Assembly: GCF_002087085.1 (NCBI RefSeq)
Contig: NZ_MWQY01000001.1
Coordinates: forward strand, 1 to 64,000
Length of the DNA: 64,000 nt
Direction of reading: 5' to 3'
The notes under the pieces: generated by a model
The model's input: the letters and a program-made list of their open reading frames with translations, nothing else
Told to the model about the DNA's origin: nothing
Database searches by the model: none
Translations under genes and position numbers: made by a program
Shown here: piece by piece, positions 52,380 through 62,037 of the stretch
Numbering within the stretch: position 1 is the first letter of the stretch
Layout: each line of letters begins with the position of its first letter

Positions 52380-53909
52380 ATGAACGTACTGATGGTCGTT
52401 GTTCTTCCTCTCGTAGGTATAATTCTAGGTTGGACTATAAGATGGGTTTATGCCCGATTCCAGCTTTCTTCTGTTGAGCAGAAAGCTGAGCGTTTGAGTC
52501 AAGATGCCATACGGGAAGCTGAAGCACGTAAAAGAGAGCTTCTGCTTGAAACGAAAGATCAACTCCTAAAAGAGAGGAACCAGCAGGAGCGGGAATTTCG
52601 AGAAAGAAGAAGCGAGTTGCAGCGTCTGGATAGACGTCTGCAGCAGCGTGAAGAAAATCTAGAAAAAAAACAGAGTCTGCTTGAAAGACAGAAGCAGGAT
52701 CTCACCGATCGAGAGGAAAAACTAGCAGGAGAAGAAGCGCAGGTTGCCCAGAAGCTTGAGCAGTGGCGCGATGAATTAGAGAAAATAGCCGGATTGACTT
52801 CCGAGGAAGCAAAAAAGATCATAATCAGTTCCATGGAAAATGAGGCAAAACATGATGCCCAGCTGATTATCAACAAGATTGAACAGGAAGCTCTGAGTAC
52901 TGCGGAAAAGAAATCCAGGGACATACTTATTACGACAATTCAGCGTCTGGCGACTGAAGTAAGTTCCGAGGTTACTATTGCATCCGTGTCCCTGCCGAAC
53001 GATGAAATGAAGGGACGTATTATAGGTCGGGAGGGCAGGAATATCCGTACCCTCGAAACCTTGACCGGGGTAGATGTAATTATCGACGATACTCCCGAGG
53101 CGGTTGTTATTTCCTGTTTTGATCCCATTCGCAAGGAGATTGCCCGGAGGTCTCTCGAAAGATTGATTACCGACGGCAGAATACATCCGGCAAGAATAGA
53201 AGAGGTCGTCCAGAAGGTCACCAAGGAGATCAGTCAGATCATCTATGATGAGGGTGAAAAGGTCCTCTTTGATCTGGGTATACACAATATGAGCCAGGAA
53301 TGCATCAGAGCCCTCGGACGCCTGCATTTCAGGACCAGCTACGGACAGAATGTACTGAACCACTCAAAAGAGGTTGCCGTGATTTCCGGAATGCTGGCCG
53401 CCGAGGTTGGTGCCGACAGGGATATCGCCAAACGGGGGGCTTTGCTGCACGATATTGGAAAGGGTATCGAGACCGACGGTGACGGAAACCACGCCGAGCT
53501 GGGTATGGAACTGGCACGTAAAAACGGTGAGGACCCGCGGGTAATCAACGCAATCGGCTCCCACCACAATGATGTGGAGCCCAACTGTGTGGAGTCTGTT
53601 CTGGTGCAGATCGCTGATGCAATTTCCGCCGCACGTCCAGGCGCCCGGCGTGAGACTCTGGATAATTACATCAAACGTCTTGAAAACCTGGAACGGATAG
53701 CCGGTGAGTTTGACGGTGTAGAAAAGACCTTCGCAATACAGGCCGGACGGGAACTGAGGATCATGGTAAATAACGATCGGATAAGCGACGATAAGGCCAA
53801 GGAACTGGCAAAGGACATTGCCAAGAAAATTGAGTCGGAATTGCGTTATCCTGGTCGGATTAAGGTCACGATTATTCGTGAGACCCGGGTCGTGGAATAC
53901 GCCCGGTGA
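52380..53909 (+). CDS. rny: Ribonuclease Y
   Basis: N-terminal TM, coiled coil, KH motif KGRIIGREGRNIR, HD motif LLHDIGK, SAARPGARRE; GGAGG RBS. Confidence 0.97.
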   Translation: MNVLMVVVLPLVGIILGWTIRWVYARFQLSSVEQKAERLSQDAIREAEARKRELLLETKDQLLKERNQQEREFRERRSELQRLDRRLQQREENLEKKQSLLERQKQDLTDREEKLAGEEAQVAQKLEQWRDELEKIAGLTSEEAKKIIISSMENEAKHDAQLIINKIEQEALSTAEKKSRDILITTIQRLATEVSSEVTIASVSLPNDEMKGRIIGREGRNIRTLETLTGVDVIIDDTPEAVVISCFDPIRKEIARRSLERLITDGRIHPARIEEVVQKVTKEISQIIYDEGEKVLFDLGIHNMSQECIRALGRLHFRTSYGQNVLNHSKEVAVISGMLAAEVGADRDIAKRGALLHDIGKGIETDGDGNHAELGMELARKNGEDPRVINAIGSHHNDVEPNCVESVLVQIADAISAARPGARRETLDNYIKRLENLERIAGEFDGVEKTFAIQAGRELRIMVNNDRISDDKAKELAKDIAKKIESELRYPGRIKVTIIRETRVVEYAR

Positions 53910-53946
53910 TCTCAGACAGAAGAGACGAAAGGAAAATCATCGATTG

Positions 53947-54741
53947 ATGGCACAGTATCTTAACGCTCTGATTCTCGGCGACATAGTCGGACAACCGGGA
54001 ATCAGGGCTGTTTTTATTCACCTGAAGCAGTTGGTCCGGGAAACCAATGCGGATATCGTCGTCGCCAACGGGGAGAACTCCGCAGACGGTTTCGGCATTA
54101 CGCCGCAAATTGCCGACCAGCTTTTTTCCTGCGGTGTAGATGTGATTACCACCGGGAATCATATCTGGCAGAAGCGGGAGATAATCCACTCGCTGGAGAG
54201 TTCCGACCGTATCCTGCGGCCGGCAAATTATCCTCCCGGTGTTCCCGGAAAAGGCCTGACAAAGCTGGATATAAAGGGTATTCCCGTCGCAGTTATTAAT
54301 CTCCAGGGACGGCAGCATATGTACTCCCTGGATTGTCCCTTCAGAAGCGCCGATGAGATCCTCAAGAAGCTGGACGGTAAGGCAAAAGTCAGAATAATCG
54401 ATTTCCATGCCGAGGAGGTTATGGAGAAAGAGGCTCTTGCCTACTATCTGAATGGTCGGGTTAGCGCTGTTCTGGGAACCCATACCCATATCCAGACCGC
54501 CGACGAACGGATCCTCTCCGGAGGTACTGCCTATATAACCGATATCGGTATGACAGGGCCAAGCCGCAGTGTTATTGGGGTAAACCTGGAGACCGCCATA
54601 GAACGATCACTGACCCAGATGCCTCTGAAAATGGCGGTCGCGGATCTCGAGGCCTGTATTCGGGGAGTTCATCTGAAAATTGATACCGAAAACGGAAAAT
54701 GCACTGAAATAAACAGAATCTTCGTTGAATCTACGCTCTGA
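53947..54741 (+). CDS. ymdB: YmdB-like (TIGR00282) metallophosphoesterase
   Basis: GDIVG, NGEN, TGNH, RPANY, DFHAE and GTHTH motifs; follows rny. Confidence 0.93.
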   Translation: MAQYLNALILGDIVGQPGIRAVFIHLKQLVRETNADIVVANGENSADGFGITPQIADQLFSCGVDVITTGNHIWQKREIIHSLESSDRILRPANYPPGVPGKGLTKLDIKGIPVAVINLQGRQHMYSLDCPFRSADEILKKLDGKAKVRIIDFHAEEVMEKEALAYYLNGRVSAVLGTHTHIQTADERILSGGTAYITDIGMTGPSRSVIGVNLETAIERSLTQMPLKMAVADLEACIRGVHLKIDTENGKCTEINRIFVESTL

Positions 54742-54747
54742 GGGAAC

Positions 54748-55557
54748 ATGACGTCTTATCCGCGGCGGGCCGGAAAGATCCCGCTGCTTCAGCTTCTCTA
54801 TCGCCGCTTTCCGGATATACCGAAGGATGAGCTCTATGCCCGGCTCTTATGCGGAGAGGTTCGTGTTGACGGTTCCACGGAAAAAGACCCGAAAGCCCTG
54901 GTTAAGCCCGCGGCGGAGTTGGGGTTCAGCAGGCAGCGTTATGTAAGCCGTGGCGGTGATAAACTGGAATCAGCTTTTCTCGGGCTGGGGTTCCCGGTTA
55001 CCGACAAGGTTTTTGTCGATGCCGGTTCTTCCACCGGCGGCTTTACCCATTTTCTGCTGCTCCACGGGGCGCGGTCGGTACATGCCGTGGACGTTGGGTA
55101 CAACCAGCTGGATTACAGCCTGCGCACCGATCCTCGTGTAATCGTCCATGAGCGGACAAACATCTTATCCCTGAAATCCCTTGATCCCAGACCGGATGCG
55201 GCCGTCGGCGACCTGTCTTTCCGTTCTCTGCGTGGAGTGGTTGACCATGTCCTCTCCCTGACCAGTGAAGGCTGGGGAGTCTTTCTTCTGAAGCCTCAGT
55301 TTGAGCTCAACGCACCGTACGACGATTTTAATGGTATTGTATCTGACGACTCCCTTCTTCAGCACACGGTTGAAGAAACCCTCTGTGCTCTGGCGGACGA
55401 TTCCGTGCTGACTGAGAAGATCTGCAGGGCTGGAATAAAAGGAAGAAAAGGCAATCAGGAGTATCTTGTCCTGTTGAGATCAGGCAGTTCCTTCAGCCTG
55501 AAGGAAGAACGGAGGAGAATAAGAGACCTGATTCGGGAAGAGTTTTCGGGATTTTGA
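54748..55557 (+). CDS. tlyA: TlyA family rRNA methyltransferase
   Basis: YVSRGGDKL, DAGSSTGGFT, AVDVGYNQL, KPQFE, GNQEY. Confidence 0.93.
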   Translation: MTSYPRRAGKIPLLQLLYRRFPDIPKDELYARLLCGEVRVDGSTEKDPKALVKPAAELGFSRQRYVSRGGDKLESAFLGLGFPVTDKVFVDAGSSTGGFTHFLLLHGARSVHAVDVGYNQLDYSLRTDPRVIVHERTNILSLKSLDPRPDAAVGDLSFRSLRGVVDHVLSLTSEGWGVFLLKPQFELNAPYDDFNGIVSDDSLLQHTVEETLCALADDSVLTEKICRAGIKGRKGNQEYLVLLRSGSSFSLKEERRRIRDLIREEFSGF

Positions 55558-55652
55558 GCTCTGTGACGTGGTAAATGTCCGGGAACTGACCGAAAATATG
55601 ATTGATCGCCGCGATGGCAGGAATTCGAAGGAAATAAAGGAGCCCGGAAGCT

Positions 55653-56747
55653 ATGCAAGAATCGGATCTTATCGGAATCCCGGAGGATTCAATCTCTACA
55701 CCTGCACTGATTGTGGATGCGGATATTCTTGAAGCCAACATTGAAAAGATGCAAAGCTATCTGTCGGAAAAAGGCGTATCCCTGAGGGCCCATGCCAAAA
55801 CCCACAAGTCCCCCTATATCGGACAGATTCAGATGAAGACAGGAGCTATTGGTCTCTGTTGCGCCACGCTTGCCGAAGCGGAGGCAATGGTTCAAGGAGG
55901 ACTCAACAACATCCTTATAACCAGCCAGGTGGCAGAAGCTGATAAACTGCAGCGCCTCGCTTCTATTGCGGCGGATGCGGATATCAGTATAGCCGCAGAC
56001 TGCAGGGAAAATATAGCTGAGCTTTCAGAGGCTGCCTTGTCCCGGGGCTCCACCATCGGCATTGTTATCGAGGTTGATGTGGGTATGGGGCGCTGCGGAG
56101 TACGGTCTGCCGGCGAAGCTGTGGCTCTTGCAGACGAGACTGTTGCGCGGGACGGCCTCAGATTCAGAGGGCTTATGGGATACGAAGGACACGCGGTCTT
56201 TATCGGCGACAGAACCGACAGAAGGAGAACCGGGCTTGCGGCAAATCATCTGCTTATGGAGAGCGTGAATGCCGTGAGGGCACGAGGTATCCCCGTGGAG
56301 ATTGTAAGCGCTGCGGGAACCGGAACCTACGATATCGCTGCCGGGATGGAAGGAATAACAGAAATTCAGGCCGGTTCCTATATCTTCATGGATCTTGCCT
56401 ACGAGAAACTGGGACTGCCCTTTGAAATTTCCCTGACGGTTCTCTCCACGGTAATCAGTCGCCCGGATCAGAAAACCGTAGTCCTGGACTGCGGTATGAA
56501 GTCAATATCCGTTGAACGGGAGATGCCCCGCGCCCGCGGATATGACGGTATGGAGGTTTTTAAACTCGCAGAGGAACATGCCCTGGCCCGCGTCGATCCT
56601 TCCGGGAAATCGCCCCTGAGAGGTGAGAAGGTCTCCCTGATTCCGAGCCACTGCTGTACCACTGTCAATCTTCATGACCGTATCTTCCTTGTACGGAACC
56701 GGCACGTCGAAGCTGTGTTGCCCGTTAGCGCGCGGGGAGTTCACTAA
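55653..56747 (+). CDS. DSD1/D-threonine aldolase family PLP-dependent enzyme
   Basis: TPAL, RAHAKTHK, GRCG, YEGH, EIQAGSYIFMD, EEH and PSHCCTTVN motifs. Confidence 0.9.
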   Translation: MQESDLIGIPEDSISTPALIVDADILEANIEKMQSYLSEKGVSLRAHAKTHKSPYIGQIQMKTGAIGLCCATLAEAEAMVQGGLNNILITSQVAEADKLQRLASIAADADISIAADCRENIAELSEAALSRGSTIGIVIEVDVGMGRCGVRSAGEAVALADETVARDGLRFRGLMGYEGHAVFIGDRTDRRRTGLAANHLLMESVNAVRARGIPVEIVSAAGTGTYDIAAGMEGITEIQAGSYIFMDLAYEKLGLPFEISLTVLSTVISRPDQKTVVLDCGMKSISVEREMPRARGYDGMEVFKLAEEHALARVDPSGKSPLRGEKVSLIPSHCCTTVNLHDRIFLVRNRHVEAVLPVSARGVH

Positions 56748-57520
56748 AGATCGTCTCTTCCCAGGGGCTTTCCTATATACAGGCCTTCCGGGTTGAGGTA
56801 CTGCTGTTTTACACCTTCAATCAGGAACTGGACCCGGTCTACAGTGGGAAACTCCGTGGCAGTGTAAATGAGCTGTTTAAGCTGCAGGACAGCTCCTTCA
56901 TAGCCAAAGGAGTTAAAGCGAAATGCCTCGGTCATATCGATGAAGGCGACACCGTCTTTTACGGCGACGGAGCGTATCGTTGCGTCCTGGGGAACGAGAC
57001 TGAGGAGGTTCTGGTTCAGTTCCGAGGCGGAAGGACCGTCAAGCAGGGCTTTCAGGGTGTCCGTCAGGGGGGAGTCGGTATAATAAATCGGGCGGACAAC
57101 CCTCCTCAGCTCTCCGGATGTTCCGTCAAGAAACACGAAGTAGAGGGTGGCTCTGCGAAGTCTCTTTGTCTGAGTTTCCGCTGCAGGGGGAGTATCCTCT
57201 TCCTGCGGCGCAGATTCCCGGGGTACAAGTTCGAGGGCCACAAAGGAGTCATCTTCATCCACCGCTTCTTCTCCTGCGGTTTCGGGTTCCCTCTGTTCAG
57301 ATTGAGGTTCCTCTGAAGGCGGCACCGCCGGCTCTTCAGTTTCCGGCTCATCAGTCTTTATTTCCGGCTTTTCCTGAACAGTACTCAGAACATCGATAAA
57401 ACCCGTTGCTTCCAGAACCTGTTCAATACGGCTGCGGTTAAAGAGGAATATTACTAGTATAAGCAGGATCAGGGCGATCCAGAACAGACATCCAAGGGAC
57501 GCTTTTCGTTTTCTCTTCAT
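56744..57520 (-). CDS. GerMN domain membrane protein
   Basis: N-terminal TM, acidic linker, LLDGP...QLIYTATEFPTVDRVQFLIEG. Confidence 0.88.
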   Translation of the reverse strand: MKRKRKASLGCLFWIALILLILVIFLFNRSRIEQVLEATGFIDVLSTVQEKPEIKTDEPETEEPAVPPSEEPQSEQREPETAGEEAVDEDDSFVALELVPRESAPQEEDTPPAAETQTKRLRRATLYFVFLDGTSGELRRVVRPIYYTDSPLTDTLKALLDGPSASELNQNLLSLVPQDATIRSVAVKDGVAFIDMTEAFRFNSFGYEGAVLQLKQLIYTATEFPTVDRVQFLIEGVKQQYLNPEGLYIGKPLGRDDL

Positions 57521-57589
57521 AGGCTCATTATCGACCACCAGTTTATGATATTTGACAGTACCCTGAAAAGAGCGTATAGTGATCCCGGC

Positions 57590-59338
57590 ATGAGAGAGCT
57601 GACGGGTATTTCGGCATCTCCGGGTATCACGATCGGTACTGCTTTCCTGTACATCGACGACGCCTTCACAGTTCCACGCTATGATGTAGACGAGTCTGAT
57701 CTGGAACGGGAGTACGAGCGCTTCGAAGAAGCCTTGGAGAAGGCCACACAGGAAATCATAGAACTCAAGGATCAAACCTCATCTTCCGTGGGCGGTAACG
57801 AGAACAATTTTCTCGATGCCCATATCCTTATGATACAGGATCCGGATTTTGCCGATCAGATTAAACAAAACCTGAAAGGGAAAAAAAAGAACGTAGAGTG
57901 GATCCTGCAGCAGACTATTGAAGGCGTAATTAACAAGCTTTCAAGTTCCCAGGACAGTTATATAAGCGAACGCTCTATTGATCTCCATGATGTTTCCAAG
58001 CGTGTCCTGAATCATCTTATGTATCGCGAGCGGATTTCCCTGGCGGACCTTAGTGCGGAGGTTATTCTCGTAACTCACAACCTGCTGCCCTCGGACGCTC
58101 TGGCCATGAATACACGAAAGGTGAAGGGAATTGCCATGGATGCGGGAGGCAAGACCTCTCACACGGCTATTCTTGCCCGGGCCTTCGAGATCCCCGCGGT
58201 TCTGGGTCTCTCTGCTGTTACGAGTATTGCCCGGACCGGGGATACGATTATCATTGACGGAAACCGAGGCAAGGTAATCGTTGATCCCGATGAAGAGACC
58301 CTGAAGACCTACGAGGAGATTCTTCAGAAGTGGCAGCAGCGGGAGGTCCAGCTTGCAACCCTGAATCAGCTTCCCGCTGAAACCCAGGACGGCAAGCACA
58401 TCCTCCTGGGAGCAAATATTGAGGTCCCGGAAGAGACTGACGCGGTTATAGCCCATGGAGCAGACGGTATCGGCTTATTCCGTTCGGAGTTCCTTTTTAT
58501 GCAGCCCGGAGGTGTCTCTGACGAGGAGCAGCAGTACGAGGCTTATACCAGGGTTGTCAAGTCTGTGGAGGGAAAGCCTGTTACCATCAGGACCCTCGAT
58601 GTGGGGGGAGATAAAGCCATACCGGGTTTTGAACAGCACAGCGAGAAGAACCCCATCCTGGGCTGGCGGGCCGTCAGGTTCTGTTTTTCCCGCACCGATC
58701 TTTTTAAAATTCAGCTGCGTGCAATCCTGCGCGCTTCGGTGCACGGCGACCTCCGGATCATGTTTCCCATGATCTCCGGAGTGGAGGAGGTGGACCGTGC
58801 CCTGGAACTTCTTGAAGAGGCCAGGAGCGAATGTCGTGAGAAGGGCCAGCCTTTCAATGAAGATATCCCTGTGGGTATCATGATAGAGGTCCCTTCGGCG
58901 GCGCTGACATCGGACATTCTGGCCCGGAAGGTTGATTTTTTCTCCATAGGGACCAATGACCTTATTCAGTATACCATCGCCGTCGACCGGGGAAATGAGA
59001 GAGTCGCCTATCTCTATGAACCTTTTCACCCAGGGGTTTTGCGGTTGATTAAAATGGTTATAGATAATGCCCACAGCGCAGGAATCCCTGTGAATATGTG
59101 CGGTGAGATGGCGGGGGACCCCATCGCTACAGTAATTCTGCTGGGCATGGGCCTCGATGTTTTTAGTATGTCCTCCTTCAGCATTCCCGAGGTTAAGCAG
59201 ATCATTCGTTCGACTTCGATGATGGAAGCGGAAGAGCTGGTGGGGGAGATTATGGAAATGAAGTCGTATAGAGAAATTGACGAACATGTTCGCGGATGGA
59301 TGAATGCAGGATATAATCTCGAAGGCTACACCGGATAG
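57590..59338 (+). CDS. ptsI: Phosphoenolpyruvate-protein phosphotransferase (PTS enzyme I)
   Basis: GGKTSHTAILAR, GIGLFRSEF, SIGTNDLIQY, CGEMAG. Confidence 0.97.
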   Translation: MRELTGISASPGITIGTAFLYIDDAFTVPRYDVDESDLEREYERFEEALEKATQEIIELKDQTSSSVGGNENNFLDAHILMIQDPDFADQIKQNLKGKKKNVEWILQQTIEGVINKLSSSQDSYISERSIDLHDVSKRVLNHLMYRERISLADLSAEVILVTHNLLPSDALAMNTRKVKGIAMDAGGKTSHTAILARAFEIPAVLGLSAVTSIARTGDTIIIDGNRGKVIVDPDEETLKTYEEILQKWQQREVQLATLNQLPAETQDGKHILLGANIEVPEETDAVIAHGADGIGLFRSEFLFMQPGGVSDEEQQYEAYTRVVKSVEGKPVTIRTLDVGGDKAIPGFEQHSEKNPILGWRAVRFCFSRTDLFKIQLRAILRASVHGDLRIMFPMISGVEEVDRALELLEEARSECREKGQPFNEDIPVGIMIEVPSAALTSDILARKVDFFSIGTNDLIQYTIAVDRGNERVAYLYEPFHPGVLRLIKMVIDNAHSAGIPVNMCGEMAGDPIATVILLGMGLDVFSMSSFSIPEVKQIIRSTSMMEAEELVGEIMEMKSYREIDEHVRGWMNAGYNLEGYTG

Positions 59339-60635
59339 TCTGCCCCGGGTCGTTATTGTTGGACGGCCAAATGTTGGAAAATCAACCCTATTTAACAGAC
59401 TCATCGGTCACCGGGTCGCGATAACTGATCCTACCCCCGGGGTTACCCGTGATCCCGTGGAGGCCCGCTGGGACCGGGAGGCAGGCCCGGTAATGCTTAT
59501 AGATACCGGCGGATACAAGCTGGATCATAAGGACCTGGATGAACTTGTAACCCTCCGCAGCCTGCGGACCCTCAATGATGCGGACTGCATTGTGCTTGTT
59601 CTGGATGTAACGGAGATTACTCCCGAGGATGAATCCTTTATCGAGCATCTGCGGCCCTACACGGAACGGGTCATCGTGGCGGTCAACAAGGTGGACCATG
59701 AAACCAGGGAAGCCCTGGTGTATAACTTCCACAGTCTCGGTTTTTCCCGGGTTATCGGAATATCCTCCGCCCACGGACTGGGAATTCAGGACCTTGTCGA
59801 CGGGATTACTGAAATTATTCCCGAAGGTTCCGTTTTTCAGGGAGAAGATCCGGCCATTCGTCTCGCTATTCTGGGAAAACCGAATACAGGAAAATCCACT
59901 CTGCTGAACAGACTCTGTAATGATGAGCGTTCCATTGTTTCCGATATTCCCGGTACCACCCGCGACGTGGTGGAGGGAACCTTTCTCTACCGGAAAACCC
60001 TCTATAAGGTACTGGATACCGCAGGAATACGTCGGCGGGTAAAGGTTACCGACCAGGTTGAGTACTACTCGGTGAACCGGGCAATTGCCGCCATCGAAAG
60101 GGCGGACATTATTTTCCTTTTAATCGATGCCCTCACAGGGCTTAGCGATCAGGATAAGAAGATCGCCAACCTGATCGTAAAGCGCGGCCGCGGAGTTGTT
60201 CTGGTCCTGAACAAGTGGGACCTCATGTCCGGAATAGCAAATGAAGGTCAGGCCGTGGAGGACCGGGTCCGGTTTCTGTTTCCCATGCTCGAGTTCGCGC
60301 CATTGGTGAGAATCTCCGCCAGGGAAGGGGAGGGTATCGACAATCTGCTGAATACCGCCTATAAGGTCTGGAAGCAGCTGAACAAGCGGGTTGATACCGG
60401 AGAGCTGAACCGCAAGCTGGCTGAATGGACAGAACACTATGATCCTCCCCGGGACCGGCGCGGTCAGTTCAGAACAAAATACATGACCCAGGTCAGAACC
60501 AACCCCGTCAGTTTTACCCTTTTCGTAAACCGGCCGAAGGGGTTTCCTGCCGGATATCTTCAGTACTTGAAGAACAGACTGAGAAAGGACCTCGGTTTCA
60601 ATTCGATACCCCTGGATATCCATCTGAAGGGATAA
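59304..60635 (+). CDS. der: Ribosome biogenesis GTPase Der (EngA)
   Basis: Two G domains (GRPNVGKS and GKPNTGKS), PGVTRD/PGTTRD. Confidence 0.97.
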   Translation: MQDIISKATPDSLPRVVIVGRPNVGKSTLFNRLIGHRVAITDPTPGVTRDPVEARWDREAGPVMLIDTGGYKLDHKDLDELVTLRSLRTLNDADCIVLVLDVTEITPEDESFIEHLRPYTERVIVAVNKVDHETREALVYNFHSLGFSRVIGISSAHGLGIQDLVDGITEIIPEGSVFQGEDPAIRLAILGKPNTGKSTLLNRLCNDERSIVSDIPGTTRDVVEGTFLYRKTLYKVLDTAGIRRRVKVTDQVEYYSVNRAIAAIERADIIFLLIDALTGLSDQDKKIANLIVKRGRGVVLVLNKWDLMSGIANEGQAVEDRVRFLFPMLEFAPLVRISAREGEGIDNLLNTAYKVWKQLNKRVDTGELNRKLAEWTEHYDPPRDRRGQFRTKYMTQVRTNPVSFTLFVNRPKGFPAGYLQYLKNRLRKDLGFNSIPLDIHLKG

Positions 60636-60689
60636 TAAAAGACTGATTCTTGCCGATAGTACCTATACGTGGGTATTCTAGGTTCCGGG

Positions 60690-61970
60690 ATGCAAAAGAT
60701 AATTCATATCTTTATTCTGCTGGCCGCGGCGGTATCTTTACTGTTCGGGCAGGGCTTTTTTTCGTCATCTGTACAGGGGAGGGCTCCTTTTCCCGATGCC
60801 GTTGACGTCAGGACCTCCCTTCGCTCATCCATTACCGGGTCTTCCTGGGCAGTGCAGCGTCTTCCGGCAGAGTACTACACCAGCGAAACAGCCTCTGTCA
60901 GGGTAAAATTCCAGGTCCTGCAGCAGAATGATGCCTTCTATATTCTGCTGATAAACAGTTTCGGCGGCACCTATCCCCTGTACGGCGCCGGAACCTATAT
61001 CATCAAACGCAGTCTTGAGGACGGGAGCTTTGTTCAGGCGAAAATCTTCCTGAAAAACGATCCCGATACCTTTATCCGCCTCTTTCCCTTTGGGGACAGG
61101 GCAAAGCTCGAACTCTACCTCTACGGGACCCCCCTTCACCGGGATCTGATACTGCCGGTCTCCTTCGAAGAACTTCTTTTCTCTCCTTTCAGTCGTCTGG
61201 TTTCTCTGAGTTCCGGAAGAATTGACTGGCCGCTGGTATTGCCGGAGTTGCCGGAAGGTAATTCGGGGATTGCCGGGATGATAGATGTTCTCAGGGAAAA
61301 GATCGATCTGCTTCCCGATATGGACGATGGAGCCATGGATGACTCGGGCCGCTTTGTCTATATCGAATCCGGTGAACGGGAAAGCGGAGGAGGGTTCAAC
61401 TGCTCCGGTTTCGCCAAGTATGTCGCAGACGGGATCTACTATGCCCGCCATGGGCGGCCGATGCCGGTTGAGCCCTTGAAGCTGAAGCATCCCGACCTGC
61501 GGGGAGATCCCTGGTCGAACCGCTTTGAAGATGAGCGGGACCCGTTCTTCGGACTGGACTGGACGCGGAACATAGCCTTTACCCTGGCAGAAAAACCAGA
61601 TATCGATTACGAGGATATGGATGTGAGGGATGTTCCTCTTGCCGGCTATATTGAGGATGTGGGATACCCGATGGAGAGACTCAAGGCTGTTCTTTATTAT
61701 CTGGCCCTGGAATATCCCGGATCCTTCTACCTGGGATCGGTTAACGCCCAGTTCGGCAAGGATCCGGTGCTGCGGCAGCACATACATGTTGTCGTTCTTA
61801 TGCCCTACATTAATACCATGGGCGATCTGGTTGCTGCCGTTTTCGAACGGAACAGGGAAACCAGCGTGGAATCCCTGCTCCGACGCTATCCGGGAGAAAG
61901 CATCCACCTTACCCGAATAGAAGGAGGCTCAAGCTATGTCCTTCCGCCCCTTCCGGATGAGGACCATTAA
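60690..61970 (+). CDS. Conserved hypothetical exported protein
   Basis: Signal-peptide-like N-terminus; GFNCSGFAK, DPFFGLDWTRN and HIHV motifs. Confidence 0.75.
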   Translation: MQKIIHIFILLAAAVSLLFGQGFFSSSVQGRAPFPDAVDVRTSLRSSITGSSWAVQRLPAEYYTSETASVRVKFQVLQQNDAFYILLINSFGGTYPLYGAGTYIIKRSLEDGSFVQAKIFLKNDPDTFIRLFPFGDRAKLELYLYGTPLHRDLILPVSFEELLFSPFSRLVSLSSGRIDWPLVLPELPEGNSGIAGMIDVLREKIDLLPDMDDGAMDDSGRFVYIESGERESGGGFNCSGFAKYVADGIYYARHGRPMPVEPLKLKHPDLRGDPWSNRFEDERDPFFGLDWTRNIAFTLAEKPDIDYEDMDVRDVPLAGYIEDVGYPMERLKAVLYYLALEYPGSFYLGSVNAQFGKDPVLRQHIHVVVLMPYINTMGDLVAAVFERNRETSVESLLRRYPGESIHLTRIEGGSSYVLPPLPDEDH

Positions 61971-62037
61971 GAGTTCCTGCTCTTCGCTCCTGGAAAGGTT
62001 TTGAATCCTGTAACGAAATGAGGTACATTTAGCCTGT

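Noticed and set aside
52380..55557. rny-ymdB linkage as a novel system
   Set aside because: Known conserved gene pair
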